Assembly: GCA_015057275.1 (NCBI GenBank)
Contig: SVEO01000008.1
Location: 5,594-69,593 of the forward strand
DNA from: Lachnospiraceae bacterium
GTDB lineage: Bacteria; Bacillota; Clostridia; Lachnospirales; Lachnospiraceae
DNA length: 64,000 nucleotides
Direction of reading: 5' to 3'
Positions 36,859 to 46,769 of this stretch are shown in pieces (within the stretch, counting starts at the first letter, position 1; every line of letters starts with the position of its first letter). The notes below the pieces were generated by a model. That model did not search any database and was not told the DNA's origin. It saw nothing but the letters and a program-made list of their open reading frames with translations. Made by a program: the position numbers and the translations under genes.

Positions 36859-39800
36859 GTGAAGAAGAAATTCAACAGAATTTGCGCACTGGCAATGGCG
36901 TTTATTATGTTATTTTTCGTAGTCAGCCCGTATATCACATCATCAAAGATTGATGCTGCAGTATCGGATCCGAACGTGAATTATGTAAACAATAACGCAT
37001 ATGCAAGAGTACACGATCCGGTAATATTGGAGGACAACGGTACATACTACATGTATTCAACCGGTATTATCGGATGGGGCGTGGAGTTGCGTACATCTAC
37101 TGACTTGGTAAATTGGACCTATGTCAGTGAATTTGCAACATCACATGACAATGAACTTAAAGTGCCAGACGTTATGAATGCAACGAATAATGCAATGACA
37201 AACGTTTGGGCACCGGAAGTTATTAAGGTAGGCAGTGAATACTGGATGTACTACAGTTGCTCTGGGAGTGGTGGCCGTAATTCCTGTATGGCACTTGCGA
37301 AAGCAACCAGCCCGACAGGTCCGTTTACTTACGAAGGTATTGTGCTTCAGACAACTAACAGCACAGAATCTTACATGAACGGTATTGACGCTTCCATCGA
37401 ATACGACCAGGATGGCAATATGTGGATGTCCTATGGCTCGTTCTTTGGTGGTATCCGTGTGGTACAGTTAAACAGCAGCACCGGATTTTTAATGACAAGC
37501 GGAGATGAAGGCACGCTGATTGCCAGCAGACCATCTTCCATTGATAACGGTGCTGTAGAAGCTCCGGTTATCCGTTATCATGATGGTTATTACTATTTGT
37601 TTGTATCCTATGATAACTTATTTGGACCGGAACGTGGTGGCGGTGGAAGTTATCATGTACGTGTCGGCAGAAGTACAAGCATTACCGGTCCGTATGTTGA
37701 CCAGGATGGGGAAGCTATGCTTGTTGCCGGTGAAACAACCGGCTATAAGCTGACAGCAAACTACAAGTTTGACGGTGCAACCGGCTGGTGGGCAGTTGGA
37801 CACTGTGATATTTTAGAAACATCCGACGGAAAGTGGATTTATGCTTCTCATGCACGTGTGAACGGAGATCAGAATGCTCCGTATTCCTATATTCATCAGA
37901 TGACGTGGAACAAGGAAGGCTGGCCGACGCTCAGTCCGGAACCATATGTTGGTGAAACAATCGGAACGATGACGGAGGCAGATGCAGCAGGTAAGTATGA
38001 GCGTCTTGCTTTCCATGATAATAAGGAAACATTAGCAAATACACTGACTTCCGTTGAGATGAAGTTAAATTTGGATAAGACAGCAACCATCGAGGGAATC
38101 AGCGAAACCGGTACATGGAGTTTTTCCGGTGACAATACGGTAACCGTTACTGTTGGTGATGTAACAGAAGTTTACACATTGATGGAAGCATGGGACGCTG
38201 AAAACAATAAGGCAACGGTTGTATTAACCGGTAATGATTCCAACACACAGTTACAGCGTTGGGCAAAGCGTACGACGCAGTATAAAGAATCTGACGGCGC
38301 ACCGGTTGCACATTATGTGTCGGATGGCGCAACTTTCTATGATACCGTTACGGGAACATTAACCGGAACACTGGCAGGAAATGCAACCATTAGCGGTGAC
38401 AGTGTAACAACAACATACGAAGCTGGTAATACCGGACATACAAACTATGTTCAGATGACCAATCCGCTCAATGGAACAGAGGTAGACGAAGTTACGATTT
38501 CCTTGTTAGGAACCGTTGCTGCGAACGGACAGTATGCTCAGGTATTTACGTTCTATACATCTGCAGGATTCTTCTCTTTGAATGCGGATGGTTCCATTCA
38601 CTTTAATGACTGGAGCGGAAATTATTTTGATGATGCAGTAGATACTGCAATCAGCAATCAGACATCAGAGCATTTGTATTCCTTGGTAATTTCCGGAAAT
38701 ACGATTACGGTCTATTGTGATGAAACAGTCATTAACACCTATACAAATGCAACAAATGTTGCAGCGGTAAAGACGTTCTTAGCATCAGCAGATTATATGT
38801 CTCTTGGTACCGGTAATGATACTATGGGTGCCGGCGGACAGAACTGGTCTTGGCCAACCGCAGGTATGACTGTAAAAGAATTTATCGTACTTGATGAAGC
38901 GGTACCGGCAGATGAATTACTTGATTTGCCGGGAGTTGATGAGGCAGTTAAGTATACTGTAACAGCAACCGCAACTCCAGCCGCAGGCGGTAGCGTAAGC
39001 GGTGCAGGCACATATAAAGAAGGTGCAAGCGTGACATTGACCGCAACACCAAACACCGGTTACAGATTTACCGGATGGACGATTGGCGGTGAAAGCGTAG
39101 GAACTGAGACGACATATACGATTTCTTCTCTTGCTGAGGATGTGGAAGTGGTAGCAAACTTTGCTGAACTTCCAAAGTACACAGTAACAGCAACAGCAAA
39201 TCCAACCGCAGGCGGTAGTGTAAGCGGTGCGGGCGAATATAGTGAAGGCGCAAGTGCAACGGTAACCGCAACCGCAAATAGCGGTTATCAGTTTGTACGT
39301 TGGGAAGCTGCAAACGGTACGCAGGTAAGCACGAATGCAAGCTATACCTTTGAAGTAACTGCAGACACAGTATTGACTGCAGTCTTCGCAGAAAAGACAT
39401 TTGCACCGATTGCATATTATATTTCGGATGGCACAGAGTTCTATGATACCGTTCGAGACGGAGAAATCGGAACATTAGCAGGTAATGCAACCATTAGCGG
39501 TGACAGTGTAACAACAACATATGAAGCTGGTAATACCGGACATACAAACTATGTTCAGATGACCAATCCGCTCAATGGAACAGAGGTAGACGAAGTTACG
39601 ATTTCCTTGTTAGGAACCGTTGCTGCGAACGGACAGTATGCTCAGGTATTTACGTTCTATACATCTGCAGGATTCTTCTCTTTGAATGCGGATGGTTCCA
39701 TTCACTTTAATGACTGGAGCGGAAATTATTTTGATGATGCAGTAGATACTGCAATCAGCAATCAGACATCAGAGCATTTGTATTCCTTGGTAATTTCCGG

Positions 39801-42800
39801 AAATACGATTACGGTCTATTGTGATGAAACAGTCATTAACACCTATACAAATGCAACAAATGTTGCAGCGGTAAAGACGTTCTTAGCATCAGCAGATTAT
39901 ATGTCTCTTGGTACCGGTAATGATACTATGGGTGCCGGCGGACTGAACTGGTCTTGGCCAACCGCAGGTATGACTGTAAAAGAATTTATCGTACTTGATG
40001 AAGCGGTACCGGCAGATGAATTGCTTGATTTACCGGGCAATGCTCAAACAACCGAGTATACAGTAACTGCAACTGCAGATCCAACCGAGGGCGGTACAGT
40101 GAGCGGCGCAGGCACATATAAAGAAGGCGCAAGTGTGACATTAACCGCAACACCAAACACCGGTTACAGATTTACCGGATGGACGATTGGTGGCGAAAAC
40201 GTAGGAAATGCAACAACCTATACGATTTCCGATCTTGCAGCAGATACGGAAGTAGTAGCGAATTTTGAGGCAATTCCGACCTATACGGTAACAGCAACAG
40301 CAAACCCAGCCGCAGGCGGTAGCGTAAGCGGTGCAGGCACATACAGTGAAGGCGCAAGCGTGACATTGACAGCAACTGCAAGTATCGGCTATAAGTTTAC
40401 CGATTGGACGATTGGTGGCGAAAGCGTAGGAACTGAGACAACCTATACGATTTCTTCTCTTGCTGAGGATGTGGAAGTGGTAGCAAACTTTGCTGAACTT
40501 CCAAAGTACACAGTAACAACGACAGCAGATCCGGCCGCAGGCGGTAGTGTGAGCGGCGCAGGAACATATACGGAAGGATTTAGTGTAACAGTAACTGCTA
40601 GTGTAAATGAAGGATACAGATTTGTAGGATGGGAAAACGCATCCGGCACAGTCGTAAGCACCAATGCAAGTTATACGTTTAATGTAACAGAGGATGTCGC
40701 ATTAACAGCTGCATTTGAAGTAAAACCGGAAGGTGAATACGATGCACTTGCTTACTTTGTTTCCAGCGGCAATGTATTTTATGACACGGTACGTCCGGGA
40801 GAAGTTGGTGAGCTTGAGGGTGCATCAACGATTAACGGAGATACAGTAACAGTAACCAATAGCGGAGATGGTAATACCGGACATACAAACTATGTTCAGA
40901 TGACCAATCCACTCGCCGCATCAACGGTAGATGAAGTTACGGTTTCCTTATTAGGAACTGTTGACGCCGACGGAGAATATGCGACAGTATTTGCATTCTA
41001 TACAGATGAAGGCTTCTTCTCGCTTGCAGCAGACGGAACAATACACTTTAATGACTGGGATGGAAATTATTTTGATGATGAAGTAGATACTGCAATCAGC
41101 GATACCGCTTCCGAACACATGTATTCCTTAGTGATTTCCGGAGATACGATTACGGTATATTGTGATGGAGAAGTGATTAACACATATACAGATGCAACGA
41201 ATGTTGGATATGTAAAGACATTCTTGGCATCGGCAGATTATATGTCCATTGGTACCGGTAATGATACAAGTGGTGCAGACTGGTCCTGGCCATCTGCAGG
41301 CGTGAGCGTAAAAGAATTTATTGTTCTTGATGAGGCAGTACCGGCAGAGGATTTGGTTGATTTGGCGGGAACCTATCCGACACCAAGCTACGCGATTGCA
41401 ACGGACAAAACCGAAGGTGGTAAAGCAGCCGGTGGCGGTACTTACACAGCAGGTACAAGCGCAACTGTAATTGCGAGAGCGTTTGACGGTTATAAGTTCA
41501 CAGGTTGGACCAATAGTGATGGTAAAGTTGTAAGTAAACAATCCACATACACATTTGACGTCATCGAATCCACAACATTAACAGCAAACTTCAAACCGGT
41601 TAGTGCCGGCGCAAGTGATGGTCTGTTGTTCGGTTATGACTTTAACGATCCGGATGACTTGTTTGCACTTGTTGCAGGTAATACAGATATTCTTGAAACA
41701 TACACGGTTGTGGATTGGTATGAACAACCAAAGGTTCATGATATTTTATATGGCCCTCGTGATGAAGGTGTATTGGATGAAGCTTGTCCGGACCATATTA
41801 CAGCGGACCGTATCGATATGCCTTGGGGACCTTCAGCTAAGGAAGGTGATTATTATCTTGATTTCCTTGGTGTAATGAATAATACTTTTGATACTACCCA
41901 TATGTATGGTCTCAAAGCAGGTGGTACAGTAACATTACCTGAGAGTACAACATTTACGTTGTCCTACGATTACTATTCACCGTACAATCAGTTGGCTGCT
42001 GACTTTGGTACGATTACATTGCAGTTTGGTGATGCAAATCATTACTTAACAATCAAGGCGGGTGCTAGACAGATTTACGTTCAGAATGGTACTACCGGAT
42101 ATAATTTAAATCTGTTCTCAATTGAAAACGCACCAACAACATCCGTTGCAGTAGAAGACGTTTGGTATCATGTAACATTAAGTTTTAAATTGGATGAAGC
42201 TACGGACACCAGTAAGTTGACTGTGTATCTGACTCCTTACGATTCGGAAGGTAATTTATTAACCGACCAGCAGTTGGTAAGTACACAGGATACATTGACA
42301 AATCAAGAGTTCACCGTTCCGGCATTTGATTCAGAAGAAATCACAATGTATATCGGTACCGGTATCAATGCTTCTTACACACACAACTCTTACCTTGATA
42401 ACCTGTACATGTTCTCGGATGCTATGACAGACGATGAAGTTCAGGAAGAAATTGAAAACATCAATCGTCCGGTTGTTACCGGTAACAAGGTTATTGTACT
42501 GGACTACGGTTTAGATGTAACAACAGAAGTATTAGGCAGTCTGACTGCAACAGAAATTTTCAGTAAAGAACTGGTTGGTATTCGTATTTCTTCGGAAGCA
42601 TTACCGGAAATTGGTGATACCTTAGCAAGTGGTTTTGAAACCACAGCAACCGGCACGTATGGAACCGCATCCATGTCGGGCTCATATATCAGTTATTCGC
42701 TTGATAAGATGCTTAGCAATACAGAAGTAATTCAGTTTGCTGTGAAGTATACTTATATTGATTTGAGCGAACAGTATGTATATCATACCTTATCGATTGT

Positions 42801-44379
42801 TCCGGCAAAGACGGTATATTATGAAGATACTTTCGTATCATCCAATACCGTGAACGAGGAAGGTTCGACACAGAAGGATTCGCAGAGTGATGCGAATATC
42901 GTATATGGTTATGACGACGCATATGCAAACACAAGTAATGTAAACAGTAACGGTACCGTTGCCGATCTTGAAAGTGGCACAACCTTTACATTTACCGGTA
43001 CCGGTTTTGACTTAATCGGAAGAACAGACACCGATGGTTATATGATTAAGGTAACAGTCAAAGACGCATCTACCAATGCAACGAAAAAGATTGTGTACCT
43101 GAACACCTTCTATGAGGATGGTGCATTATATCAGTTACCACTTGTCAGCGTTACCGGATTAGCGCACGGAGATTATACCGTTCAGATTACATTGTTTGAT
43201 AAGAATAGCACGGAAGATGGCATGGGATGGAATTTCTATCTCGATGGTGTAAGAATTTACGATCCGTTGACAGAGAATGATGAAATGAAACTGTATTATG
43301 CAGATGGTGAAGCAGATGCAACCTTTGAAGAGTTCCGTAACTTAATCTTAGGAGACGATCCGTTGGCATTCATTACAGCATACACAGATGGCAGCATCGG
43401 TATCGGTGCAGGTTCTACATTCGTAGAGCAGTATGACGGTACGAATTATGACGAGGAAGACACCTTAACCAATAATCCTTCCAAGAATGTTCAGGCTTTG
43501 GAAGATTATTTACAGAGTGGTCCGAATAACGAGTTATACCTGACACCTGGTAATGCAGTTGCATTCTATGTTGAAAACGTTGTATCTTCTGAAAAACTGT
43601 TACAGTTTGGTGCGAAGTCCTTAAATGGCGGAAGCGGAACCGTAACGGTTGCAACCGTTACCGGTGGCACCACAAAGACAGATGTTCATCCAATTCAGAC
43701 AAGAACAGAAATGTATTATGCAATTAATACGGCAAATCTTTCAGCGACGGATAAGACATTGGTTGTGATTGCGAATACAAGCACAAGCGAATATATTTCT
43801 TTGACACAGTTAAAGAGTTGTGGTTATGCTTTAGCAGAAACGATGCTGACACAGGAAGAGATTCTGATTTCCATGTCAGGTACAGAATACGAAGAGATTA
43901 TTGCAACCCTCGATTACATTTATCTTGGTAATGCGGAAGTAGAAAATACAGACGGATTTGATATTGAAATTATGGGTTCGCAGATCGATACTGCAAAATC
44001 AGGAACACTTGGTATTGTTGCCGGTATGCCGGTTCTGGATTACTACAATAACATTGCAGGACTTACAGAAGTCGGAATGGTACTGATGACAGCGGATGAC
44101 ATTGCGAATATGGATGCAGTTACAGAGAGCGTGAAAGCAGATATGGCAGAAAGCTTGACCGTAAATGCTTCCGGTGCAACAACCGTTAGCACACCGTCCT
44201 TGCAGTATGACTATTCGGAAAGCTCAACAGCAGCATTCAGAGTTATTATTTCAGGCATTACAGAAACAGAAACGGTTTATTTTGCAAGAGCTTATGCGAT
44301 TGTAAACGGTGAAACGATTTATGGTGATGTATATGCGACATCTCTTGCATATGTACAAGAGCAGTTGGGGGTACAATAA
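36859..44379 (+). CDS. Secreted multidomain protein, 2506 aa: N-terminal glycoside hydrolase family 43 domain, three lectin/LamG-like modules, and ~8 InlB-B-repeat-like (Listeria-Bacteroides repeat type) modules
   Basis: It has a signal peptide. GH43-like motifs are VHDPVILEDNGTYYMYST, NVWAPEVIKVGSEYWMYYS and GAVEAPVIRYHDGYYYLFVSYD. The repeated module is YTVTATA.PAAGGSVSGAGTY.EGASVTLTATPN.GY.F.GWT. It has a GTG start after AGGAGG. Confidence 0.8.
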   Translation: MKKKFNRICALAMAFIMLFFVVSPYITSSKIDAAVSDPNVNYVNNNAYARVHDPVILEDNGTYYMYSTGIIGWGVELRTSTDLVNWTYVSEFATSHDNELKVPDVMNATNNAMTNVWAPEVIKVGSEYWMYYSCSGSGGRNSCMALAKATSPTGPFTYEGIVLQTTNSTESYMNGIDASIEYDQDGNMWMSYGSFFGGIRVVQLNSSTGFLMTSGDEGTLIASRPSSIDNGAVEAPVIRYHDGYYYLFVSYDNLFGPERGGGGSYHVRVGRSTSITGPYVDQDGEAMLVAGETTGYKLTANYKFDGATGWWAVGHCDILETSDGKWIYASHARVNGDQNAPYSYIHQMTWNKEGWPTLSPEPYVGETIGTMTEADAAGKYERLAFHDNKETLANTLTSVEMKLNLDKTATIEGISETGTWSFSGDNTVTVTVGDVTEVYTLMEAWDAENNKATVVLTGNDSNTQLQRWAKRTTQYKESDGAPVAHYVSDGATFYDTVTGTLTGTLAGNATISGDSVTTTYEAGNTGHTNYVQMTNPLNGTEVDEVTISLLGTVAANGQYAQVFTFYTSAGFFSLNADGSIHFNDWSGNYFDDAVDTAISNQTSEHLYSLVISGNTITVYCDETVINTYTNATNVAAVKTFLASADYMSLGTGNDTMGAGGQNWSWPTAGMTVKEFIVLDEAVPADELLDLPGVDEAVKYTVTATATPAAGGSVSGAGTYKEGASVTLTATPNTGYRFTGWTIGGESVGTETTYTISSLAEDVEVVANFAELPKYTVTATANPTAGGSVSGAGEYSEGASATVTATANSGYQFVRWEAANGTQVSTNASYTFEVTADTVLTAVFAEKTFAPIAYYISDGTEFYDTVRDGEIGTLAGNATISGDSVTTTYEAGNTGHTNYVQMTNPLNGTEVDEVTISLLGTVAANGQYAQVFTFYTSAGFFSLNADGSIHFNDWSGNYFDDAVDTAISNQTSEHLYSLVISGNTITVYCDETVINTYTNATNVAAVKTFLASADYMSLGTGNDTMGAGGLNWSWPTAGMTVKEFIVLDEAVPADELLDLPGNAQTTEYTVTATADPTEGGTVSGAGTYKEGASVTLTATPNTGYRFTGWTIGGENVGNATTYTISDLAADTEVVANFEAIPTYTVTATANPAAGGSVSGAGTYSEGASVTLTATASIGYKFTDWTIGGESVGTETTYTISSLAEDVEVVANFAELPKYTVTTTADPAAGGSVSGAGTYTEGFSVTVTASVNEGYRFVGWENASGTVVSTNASYTFNVTEDVALTAAFEVKPEGEYDALAYFVSSGNVFYDTVRPGEVGELEGASTINGDTVTVTNSGDGNTGHTNYVQMTNPLAASTVDEVTVSLLGTVDADGEYATVFAFYTDEGFFSLAADGTIHFNDWDGNYFDDEVDTAISDTASEHMYSLVISGDTITVYCDGEVINTYTDATNVGYVKTFLASADYMSIGTGNDTSGADWSWPSAGVSVKEFIVLDEAVPAEDLVDLAGTYPTPSYAIATDKTEGGKAAGGGTYTAGTSATVIARAFDGYKFTGWTNSDGKVVSKQSTYTFDVIESTTLTANFKPVSAGASDGLLFGYDFNDPDDLFALVAGNTDILETYTVVDWYEQPKVHDILYGPRDEGVLDEACPDHITADRIDMPWGPSAKEGDYYLDFLGVMNNTFDTTHMYGLKAGGTVTLPESTTFTLSYDYYSPYNQLAADFGTITLQFGDANHYLTIKAGARQIYVQNGTTGYNLNLFSIENAPTTSVAVEDVWYHVTLSFKLDEATDTSKLTVYLTPYDSEGNLLTDQQLVSTQDTLTNQEFTVPAFDSEEITMYIGTGINASYTHNSYLDNLYMFSDAMTDDEVQEEIENINRPVVTGNKVIVLDYGLDVTTEVLGSLTATEIFSKELVGIRISSEALPEIGDTLASGFETTATGTYGTASMSGSYISYSLDKMLSNTEVIQFAVKYTYIDLSEQYVYHTLSIVPAKTVYYEDTFVSSNTVNEEGSTQKDSQSDANIVYGYDDAYANTSNVNSNGTVADLESGTTFTFTGTGFDLIGRTDTDGYMIKVTVKDASTNATKKIVYLNTFYEDGALYQLPLVSVTGLAHGDYTVQITLFDKNSTEDGMGWNFYLDGVRIYDPLTENDEMKLYYADGEADATFEEFRNLILGDDPLAFITAYTDGSIGIGAGSTFVEQYDGTNYDEEDTLTNNPSKNVQALEDYLQSGPNNELYLTPGNAVAFYVENVVSSEKLLQFGAKSLNGGSGTVTVATVTGGTTKTDVHPIQTRTEMYYAINTANLSATDKTLVVIANTSTSEYISLTQLKSCGYALAETMLTQEEILISMSGTEYEEIIATLDYIYLGNAEVENTDGFDIEIMGSQIDTAKSGTLGIVAGMPVLDYYNNIAGLTEVGMVLMTADDIANMDAVTESVKADMAESLTVNASGATTVSTPSLQYDYSESSTAAFRVIISGITETETVYFARAYAIVNGETIYGDVYATSLAYVQEQLGVQ
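38381..38933 (+). repeat. Internal near-identical duplication, copy 1
   Basis: The ~550 bp are almost base-for-base identical to 39485-40037 (offset 1104 bp = 368 codons). I saw only a handful of substitutions. Confidence 0.9.
39485..40037 (+). repeat. Internal near-identical duplication, copy 2
   Basis: See copy 1. A third, clearly diverged copy lies around 40800-41340. Confidence 0.9.
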
Positions 44380-44412
44380 CAATAGAAACTTAACATAGAA
44401 AGGGATTATGAA

Positions 44413-44715
44413 ATGAAGAAAACATATATAAAGCCATGTGTTTTTCGTGAGGAATATATTCTGAGCCAAATGATTGCGGGTAGCTGTGATTCCGGTTTAA
44501 AGGTAAATTCCAGTGGTTACGATTGTTTCAAAACCTACTACGACACCAATGGTGGAACCGGCAATCCGATTATTGATATGATTTATCAGGATTCTCTTTT
44601 AGATGGCGGCAAATTGTTCTCCGGCGGAGTTGGCGGATGTAGTGAATGGTATGGAGAAGATACGTTAGGCGGTCTTTGCTATCAGAACTCCGGTTTAGTT
44701 GTATTCTCTTCTTAG
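44413..44715 (+). CDS. Small Cys/Gly-rich protein with a RiPP-leader-like N-terminus (candidate precursor peptide)
   Basis: It begins MKKTYIKPCVFREEYILSQMIAGSC (a YxxPxV motif), has 4 further Cys and Gly-rich stretches, and ends in VVFSS. There is no signal peptide. A hairpin and an HPr-kinase-like gene follow. Confidence 0.5.
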   Translation: MKKTYIKPCVFREEYILSQMIAGSCDSGLKVNSSGYDCFKTYYDTNGGTGNPIIDMIYQDSLLDGGKLFSGGVGGCSEWYGEDTLGGLCYQNSGLVVFSS

Positions 44716-44749
44716 TCGGAAAACTACAGGTTTAAAGTAAAATGATTAT

Positions 44750-44789
44750 GGGGATGCTTTTACGTATTACGAAAAGGCATCCCCTTATT
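44750..44789 (+). terminator. Hairpin (possible leaky terminator) between the small ORF and the kinase-like gene
   Basis: GGGGATGCTTTT / AAAAGGCATCCCC (one bulge) with a 10-nt loop, followed by TTATT, which is a weak T-tract. Confidence 0.5.
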
Positions 44790-44793
44790 CAAA

Positions 44794-45696
44794 GTGATGG
44801 GTACTGGTAAAATGATAAAATATTTTTACAATATTCAATTGGCAGAAAATAAAATCCGTATCGTCAGTGATTTCCCAATTGCACAGACAAAGAAAAATTG
44901 CAAATTTTTTACGGAGTGCGATGCTTCGGAGGCGGAAGAGGAAATACCGGCTTATCGCGTAACTTGTGAAGATTTTAAAATACCGGAGCAAGCGGTGGTA
45001 TGCGGGAATAACGGTGATAAAAATTTATACCGAGATAGAAATGTATATTATCGTGAGTTGATTCGCATGATGAACGGGTCCAACATCCGTGCGGTTTCCG
45101 TGTATTCGAGTGAATTCATGGGATGCGCCGGGAACATCTACGTTGATGAGCGAATTCGCGACGGTCTTCAGGGGGAACTGAATATAATTGATTATCTGCC
45201 ATTAGAACAGATGCTGCTTTGGCAAAAATCATTAATTTTGCATAGCTCCTTTGTCCTGCATCATGGTGTTGCTATATTGTTTACCGGTCCGAGTGGCATC
45301 GGAAAATCCTCGCAGGCAGATCTTTGGCGGAAATACTTGCAGGCACAGATTATTAACGGTGACCGTGCAATCATTAAATGGCATGCAGAAAAGGACAGAT
45401 ATTTTGCATATGGGAGTCCATATTCCGGTTCATCGCCATATTGTGAAAATAAGAGTGCGCCGCTTGTCGCAATCATTTTGCTGGAGCAGGCAGAAAAAAA
45501 TCAAATAGAACCGGTTTCATCTGCAGAAGCATACATGAAACTGTTCAGCCAGGTTACAATCAATCAGACGGACAGAACAAGCGTAGAAAACGCACTGGAA
45601 ATGGTAGAACAGTGGGTACGAAAAATACCGATATATCGCCTGAAATGTCGATTGGATAAAGAGGCGGTAGAGCTTGTTCGAAAAGTAATTGAATAA
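44794..45696 (+). CDS. HPr-kinase-related P-loop protein (HprK C-terminal-domain-like)
   Basis: The C-terminal half reads LHSSFVLHHGVAILFTGPSGIGKSSQADLW ... INGDRAII ... YGSPYSGSS, which matches the HprK-type P-loop arrangement seen in RiPP-associated HprK-related kinases (by recall). The start is uncertain (GTG 44794 or ATG 44812). The gene is AT-richer than its flanks. Confidence 0.6.
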   Translation: MMGTGKMIKYFYNIQLAENKIRIVSDFPIAQTKKNCKFFTECDASEAEEEIPAYRVTCEDFKIPEQAVVCGNNGDKNLYRDRNVYYRELIRMMNGSNIRAVSVYSSEFMGCAGNIYVDERIRDGLQGELNIIDYLPLEQMLLWQKSLILHSSFVLHHGVAILFTGPSGIGKSSQADLWRKYLQAQIINGDRAIIKWHAEKDRYFAYGSPYSGSSPYCENKSAPLVAIILLEQAEKNQIEPVSSAEAYMKLFSQVTINQTDRTSVENALEMVEQWVRKIPIYRLKCRLDKEAVELVRKVIE

Positions 45697-45705
45697 AAAA
45701 GAAGT

Positions 45706-45746
45706 GAGTGGGAATTTATTTGTATGAAATAAGTTCCCACTCTTTT
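45706..45746 (+). terminator. Intrinsic terminator after the kinase-like gene
   Basis: GAGTGGGAA (45706-45714) / TTCCCACTC (45734-45742) followed by TTTT. Confidence 0.7.
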
Positions 45747-45852
45747 GATTTGCAAGAAAAAAGGTTGAATTTCCGAGCATTTAATAGTAAAATAATAATA
45801 ATTATGCAATCTTGTAAGTTTACGTTCGCAAGGACAAGAATGGAGGATAAAT

Positions 45853-46725
45853 ATGGGATTATTGGAATCAATCTTTTTGGGCATAGTACAGGGACTGACT
45901 GAGTTTTTGCCGGTAAGCAGCTCCGGGCATCTGTCAATTTTTCAGGTGCTGTTTGGCATGGATGAGGTACCGGCAAGCTTTGACGTGATGTTGCACGTCG
46001 GTACGCTGATTGCAGTATTTATCTGCTATTGGAATGATATCTGGAAATTGATAAAGCACGGTTTCGGCATGCTGCTTGATGTGGTGGTAAATGCGATTGT
46101 TTTCGTGTTACGTAAGGTTAAAAAATCGGATTTGGATTATCGCAAGGTAATTACAAACAGTTATCGGAAATTTGCGTTGATGATTATTGTATCCACAATT
46201 CCAACCGGTATTATCGGTATTTTGATTGAAGATATCAGTGACTTTGCAGCATCCACACTCATTTTTCCGGGCATTTGCCTGTTGATTACCGGTGTGATTT
46301 TGCAGATTTCTGATCACCTGCCGGAGGGCACGAAGGTTCCGAAAACTGCAAGCTATACAAATGCTTTCATTATCGGTATTGCGCAGGGCCTTGCGGTACT
46401 TCCGGGCATTTCCCGCTCCGGTACGACGATTACCTGCTGCCAGTTAAATCAGTTTGAACGCAAATTTGCTGTGAAGTATTCTTTTATTATGTCGATTCCG
46501 GCAATTTTAGGCGCGGCTGTTTTAAAACTGCCGGATGCAATTTCTGAGGGAATGACGGCTGCGCAGGGTGCGAACTATATTGTCGGCGTCGTTGTGGCGG
46601 CTGTGGTAGGATTTGTTTGTATCAAGTGGATGTTAGTATTAATTAAAAATAAAGGATTTCGTTATTTCTCATATTACTGTTTTGCAGTGGGTGTACTGTC
46701 GATTTTGATTGGAATTTTCCGCTAG
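45853..46725 (+). CDS. uppP: Undecaprenyl-diphosphate phosphatase
   Basis: Motifs are LGIVQGLTEFLPVSSSGHL and PGISRSGTTI, in a multi-pass membrane protein. Confidence 0.93.
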   Translation: MGLLESIFLGIVQGLTEFLPVSSSGHLSIFQVLFGMDEVPASFDVMLHVGTLIAVFICYWNDIWKLIKHGFGMLLDVVVNAIVFVLRKVKKSDLDYRKVITNSYRKFALMIIVSTIPTGIIGILIEDISDFAASTLIFPGICLLITGVILQISDHLPEGTKVPKTASYTNAFIIGIAQGLAVLPGISRSGTTITCCQLNQFERKFAVKYSFIMSIPAILGAAVLKLPDAISEGMTAAQGANYIVGVVVAAVVGFVCIKWMLVLIKNKGFRYFSYYCFAVGVLSILIGIFR

Positions 46726-46769
46726 GTATAAGATAAATTCGCAGGATAGGATAAAAAAACGAGATTTCT

